The notes under the pieces are model-generated. The model saw nothing but the letters and a program-made list of their open reading frames with translations. It was not told where the DNA came from and did no database searches. From NCBI GenBank assembly GCA_000004985.1, contig GG739316.1: 1,851 nt of DNA. The stretch is one strand, 5' to 3'. A program made the position numbers and the translations under genes. Origin of the DNA: Naegleria gruberi. Lineage: Eukaryota. This document shows positions 1 to 1,851 of the stretch, piece by piece; the first letter of the stretch is position 1; every line of letters begins with the position of its first letter.

Positions 1-197
1 AGTCGCAACCAATCCATATAATAATTGAACACAATATTTTAACGTAGATAAAATCGATTTACTTTGAAAAGTAATTTTAAAAATTATACGCCAAAATAGA
101 GCAGCTTTCTTACTGGTCTTTCTTGTAGTGTTGAATTTATTTGTCCGAAAACCCAAGAATCTAAAAACCTATGCTAATTGAATATTCAATCTCATAC

Positions 198-300
198 CGG
201 AAAAGATTCTTATTTGCGGAAAAAGATTCGAATCTTAGCGAATCTTCAATCAATTTCGAATGGAAACCGAATCTAAGAATCCAAGAATATCGAAATCTTT
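198..300. repeat. Cluster of GATTC/GAATC(T) motifs with short direct repeats and a perfect 10-bp palindrome
   Basis: 'cggaaaagattc' at 198-209 is repeated as 'cggaaaaagattc' at 217-229. 'gattcgaatc' at 225-234 is a perfect palindrome. 'gaatct' recurs at 157, 239 and 269, 'agaatcc' occurs at 277, and 'gaaatctt' at 292. Confidence 0.55.
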
Positions 301-469
301 ACCACTTTCCAAATAACAACGCAAACAACAAATACACCAAATCTCGATATCTAGATAGAAAGTATATACTTTTTTTAAAACTTTACTGAAAAACCTTTCC
401 AAAAGCCCAAGATTCACTTAAAGACTCTATATTAGATCATAAAGACCATGGTGCCACCGAAGTAACAAA

Positions 470-535
470 TCAAAACAACACCAGGCCAAACCCCAACCTT
501 CTTCTAAACCCAACGTTCAAACCCTAGCCCAAAAT
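470..535. other. C-rich block with degenerate telomere-like / telo-box-like AAACCC(TA) motifs, immediately upstream of the satellite array
   Basis: 'aaacccc' occurs at 488-494, 'taaaccc' at 505-511 and 'aaaccctag' at 519-527. The last is one mismatch from the plant telomere unit CCCTAAA and the telo-box AAACCCTA. The spacing is irregular (18 and 13 bp), so this is not a true heptamer array. Confidence 0.3.
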
Positions 536-620
536 TATAAACTTATTCAAATATCATTAAATTTTATATCATTCGATTGAAAATCATGAGTAGAACAACG
601 TGGTATATTTAGTTTTTCAA

Positions 621-920
621 TTTATAAAATATTAACTTTGTAAATAGTGTCAGATTAAAATTGTTAAAATGAAACCATAGGAAGAATGATAATTTCAAAA
701 TCCTTTAATGAGATTATATAGTCAATATCATCGTTAACAACATTCATAATCACTTTCATATGAAATTTCAAAAGTTCATGTCTGTAGATATAAAAGTATC
801 AAGTGAAAAGGGAAGTTGTGAGGTACAATAGGTCAACTATAACTTTTGAGTTTCTCATCTAAACATATTGAATCCTGACATGAAAATGTTCCATTTGATG
901 AGTACATATCGAATATCAAA
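621..920. repeat. Repeat monomer 1 (~300 bp), the most diverged copy, with indels
   Basis: It aligns with later units at its start (619-640 versus 918-940) and at its end (880-918 versus 1497-1537). Its interior, 'ggtcaactataac' at 831, corresponds to 'gatcaactctatca' at 1145. Confidence 0.55.
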
Positions 921-1228
921 TTTATTTTAACTTTCATATTTACAGATTTCTTCCCTCAACCATCATGGTCAACTATGATGAAAAGGATGAAATCCTGAAA
1001 AAGAACCACCTATTGAAACTTTACCATAATAATTTAGATGATATATAATGATATAGAATTTAATTTCATGTACTAATAATCAGAAATGGTACCATGGGAA
1101 TGTAAATGTTGATTTTACAAAGTTGACTTTAAGGAAAGACAAGAGATCAACTCTATCAAATATATCAATTCAATCAACAAAATATACATGTACATGCTCC
1201 ATTAGATGTGTAGAGATAGAATATAAAG
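921..1228. repeat. Repeat monomer 2 (308 bp)
   Basis: It starts with the 20-bp box that is perfectly conserved in monomer 3. 'catggtcaactatgatgaaaaggatgaaatcctg' at 964-997 aligns with 'ctagtcaactatggacatgaatgaaaatctgg' at 1274-1305. Confidence 0.7.
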
Positions 1229-1536
1229 TTTATTTTAACTTTCATATTCATGATTTCATCCTTTTCATACTATCTAGTCAACTATGGACATGAATGAAAA
1301 TCTGGAAAATGACCTCTCTATGAAACACTTCCATCATGTTTAACAGCTCAAATAATGTTGTAGTATTCAATTATAGAGTTTTAAAATGTAATTTGATAAT
1401 ATAGTAAGGTAAAGGTTGATATTTTAAGTTTGACTTTAAGGATGGAAAGGTGAAAATCAAGATATCAAAAACATCACTCCAGTCAATAAAACACATATGA
1501 AAATGTTGCAAATGATGAGTAGTTATCGAAAATATC
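1229..1536. repeat. Repeat monomer 3 (308 bp)
   Basis: It shares the 20-bp start box with monomer 2. Its second half, 'ggtaaaggttgatattttaagtttgactttaagga' at 1408-1442, aligns with monomer 2 at 1088-1135 and with monomer 4 at 1706-1750. Confidence 0.7.
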
Positions 1537-1843
1537 ATTTATTCTAATTGGAAATATCTCTAATATCTAAATGGTGGTAAACTCTCCCTCAAATGAACAA
1601 GTGAATCAGCCAAGTTGCCAATCTCAAATTAAATCATATAATCATGTTCCACATCTCGAATAATGTATATAATTCAGTTTTTAGACATTTTTGTAAATAT
1701 TCCATCATTCACTAAGGTAAAGGGTGATTTATCAAGGTGGACTTGGGAAGATCAGGAGGAAATCTTGAATATAGAAAACCACATCCTCAATCTACAAAAT
1801 CATATCAATCGATTGGAAATCGATAGTACATCTCGAAAAAATC
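1537..1843. repeat. Repeat monomer 4 (307 bp), somewhat GC-richer and more diverged
   Basis: 'ggtaaagggtgatttatcaaggtggacttgggaag' at 1706-1750 aligns with 1408-1442. The tail at 1795-1851 aligns with 555-620. The next unit begins with 'atttattt' at 1844-1851. Confidence 0.6.
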
Positions 1844-1851
1844 ATTTATTT

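Larger units (their letters stand above)
540..1851. repeat. Diverged tandem repeat (satellite-like) array, monomer ~300-308 bp, at least 4 full units, truncated by the window end
   Basis: Register anchors recur with a constant period: 'tttattttaactttcatatt' at 921-940 and 1229-1248 (offset 308). Degenerate versions are 'caatttataaaatattaactttg' at 619-640 and 'atttattctaattgg' at 1537-1551. 'ggtaccatggg' at 1088 aligns with 'ggtaaagg' at 1408 and 'ggtaaaggg' at 1706 (offsets 320 and 298). 'gttgactttaagga' at 1122 aligns with 'tttgactttaagga' at 1429 and 'ggtggacttgggaag' at 1736. 'atgaaaatgttccatttgatgagtacatatcgaatatca' at 880-918 aligns with 'atgaaaatgttgcaaatgatgagtagttatcgaaaatatca' at 1497-1537. 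The unit tail 'atcattcgattgaaaatcatgagtag' at 569-594 aligns with 'atcaatcgattggaaatcgatagtac' at 1805-1830. There is no ORF and GC content is low. Confidence 0.8.

Noticed and set aside
171-389. 72-aa ORF on the + strand (MLIEYSISYRKRF...)
   Set aside because: Its composition is low-complexity and AT-driven (N/K/Y/L/I/F-rich), with no recognisable domain or motif. It overlaps the GATTC motif cluster, and it is the only ORF of this size in 1.85 kb of roughly 30% GC DNA, where one chance ORF of about 70 codons is unremarkable. It could only be supported by transcript or proteomic evidence or a conserved homologue, and I can offer none of these.
445-465. Strong Kozak-like ATG (gaccATGGtg) opening a 5-codon mini-ORF (MVPPK*), with a possible GTAAC 5' splice site at 461
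   Set aside because: The ORF terminates after 5 codons, and no downstream exon with coding potential exists in any frame. The splice-site reading rests on a single GT dinucleotide, and the satellite begins less than 100 bp downstream. It is noted only as a possible short upstream ORF or transcription-start context, should the telo-box reading of 519-527 hold.
921-1228. Possible ~154-bp ancestral sub-monomer (the 308-bp unit as a dimer)
   Set aside because: 'gtcaactat' recurs at unit offsets of about 48 and 210, and 'atgaaaat' at about 60 and 265. The implied sub-periods (about 162 and about 205) disagree with each other, and the half-unit alignments are weak. Internal short-motif recurrence is real, but a clean dimeric structure is not supported.
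540-1851. Repeat array considered as a possible CRISPR array
   Set aside because: The units are about 300 bp long, contiguous with no spacer/repeat alternation, 60-75% identical rather than near-identical, and embedded in AT-rich, ORF-free, eukaryote-like DNA. None of this fits a CRISPR locus.
1-1851. rRNA, tRNA or other structured RNA genes
   Set aside because: There is no GC-rich, stem-capable segment or cloverleaf-compatible region, and no conserved rRNA blocks were recognised. The composition is uniformly AT-rich apart from 440-535.

Overview
This window is AT-rich (roughly 30% GC by eye), eukaryote-like non-coding DNA, and I could not support any protein-coding gene, rRNA, tRNA or CRISPR array in it. 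The dominant structure is a diverged tandem (satellite-like) repeat with a monomer of about 300-308 bp. It begins near position 540 and runs to the end of the window at 1851, so it almost certainly continues beyond it. Using the conserved box 'tttattttaactttcatatt' as the register, the units are 621-920, 921-1228, 1229-1536 and 1537-1843, with a partial unit at 540-620 and another starting at 1844. Neighbouring units are only about 60-75% identical by eye, but they share short, perfectly conserved boxes. Just upstream of the array (470-535) lies a relatively C-rich block with degenerate telomere-like AAACCC(TA) motifs. The first 420 bp contain a cluster of GATTC/GAATC motifs, including a perfect 10-bp palindrome and short direct repeats. 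The single 72-aa ORF in the track is low-complexity and is most likely a chance ORF. I see no evidence of an encoded biological system here. The region looks like satellite or subtelomeric-type repeat DNA, possibly plant, although the taxon cannot be determined from the sequence alone.
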